Shown here in pieces: positions 26,760 through 26,767 of a stretch of DNA of 26,767 nt. Below the pieces are notes generated by a model, which was given only the letters and a program-made list of their open reading frames with translations, had not been told where the DNA came from and ran no database searches. Source of the DNA: an uncultured Clostridia bacterium (GTDB taxonomy: Bacteria; Bacillota; Clostridia; Christensenellales; Borkfalkiaceae); the NCBI GenBank assembly GCA_947632165.1, contig CANROI010000001.1:1-26767 (forward strand). The letters are read 5' to 3'. A program made the position numbers and the translations under genes. Position 1 is the stretch's first letter. Each line of letters opens with the position of its first letter.

Positions 26760-26767
26760 TTCAAAGA

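Overview
Core-genome region of a GC-rich Firmicute; the gene content (spo0A-like, rny, glutamine-dependent nadE, rimO) points to Clostridia, which is an inference. Nearly all genes are on the minus strand. In transcription order they are a spo0A-like regulator, then ftsK/spoIIIE-rimO-pgsA-cinA-recA-nadE, then rny, then the complete S10-spc ribosomal protein cluster with secY-adk-map-infA and the first 8 codons of rpmJ at the left edge. No transposase, phage gene, CRISPR array, tRNA or rRNA was recognised. The long antisense ORFs in the track are treated as GC-rich shadow frames. The main oddities are: (1) the Spo0A-like protein keeps a canonical DNA-binding domain but has Ser at the phospho-acceptor Asp position; (2) the only plus-strand unit is a sigma-A promoter, an attenuator-like structured RNA and a 21-aa signal-peptide-like ORF between rny and nadE; (3) two large intergenic regions (infA-rpmJ and recA-nadE) are filled with repeated palindromic elements; (4) FtsK carries a Q/P/Y/G decapeptide array; (5) L5, L22, L23 and L24 carry extra segments. 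All motif calls were made by eye, with no database searches.
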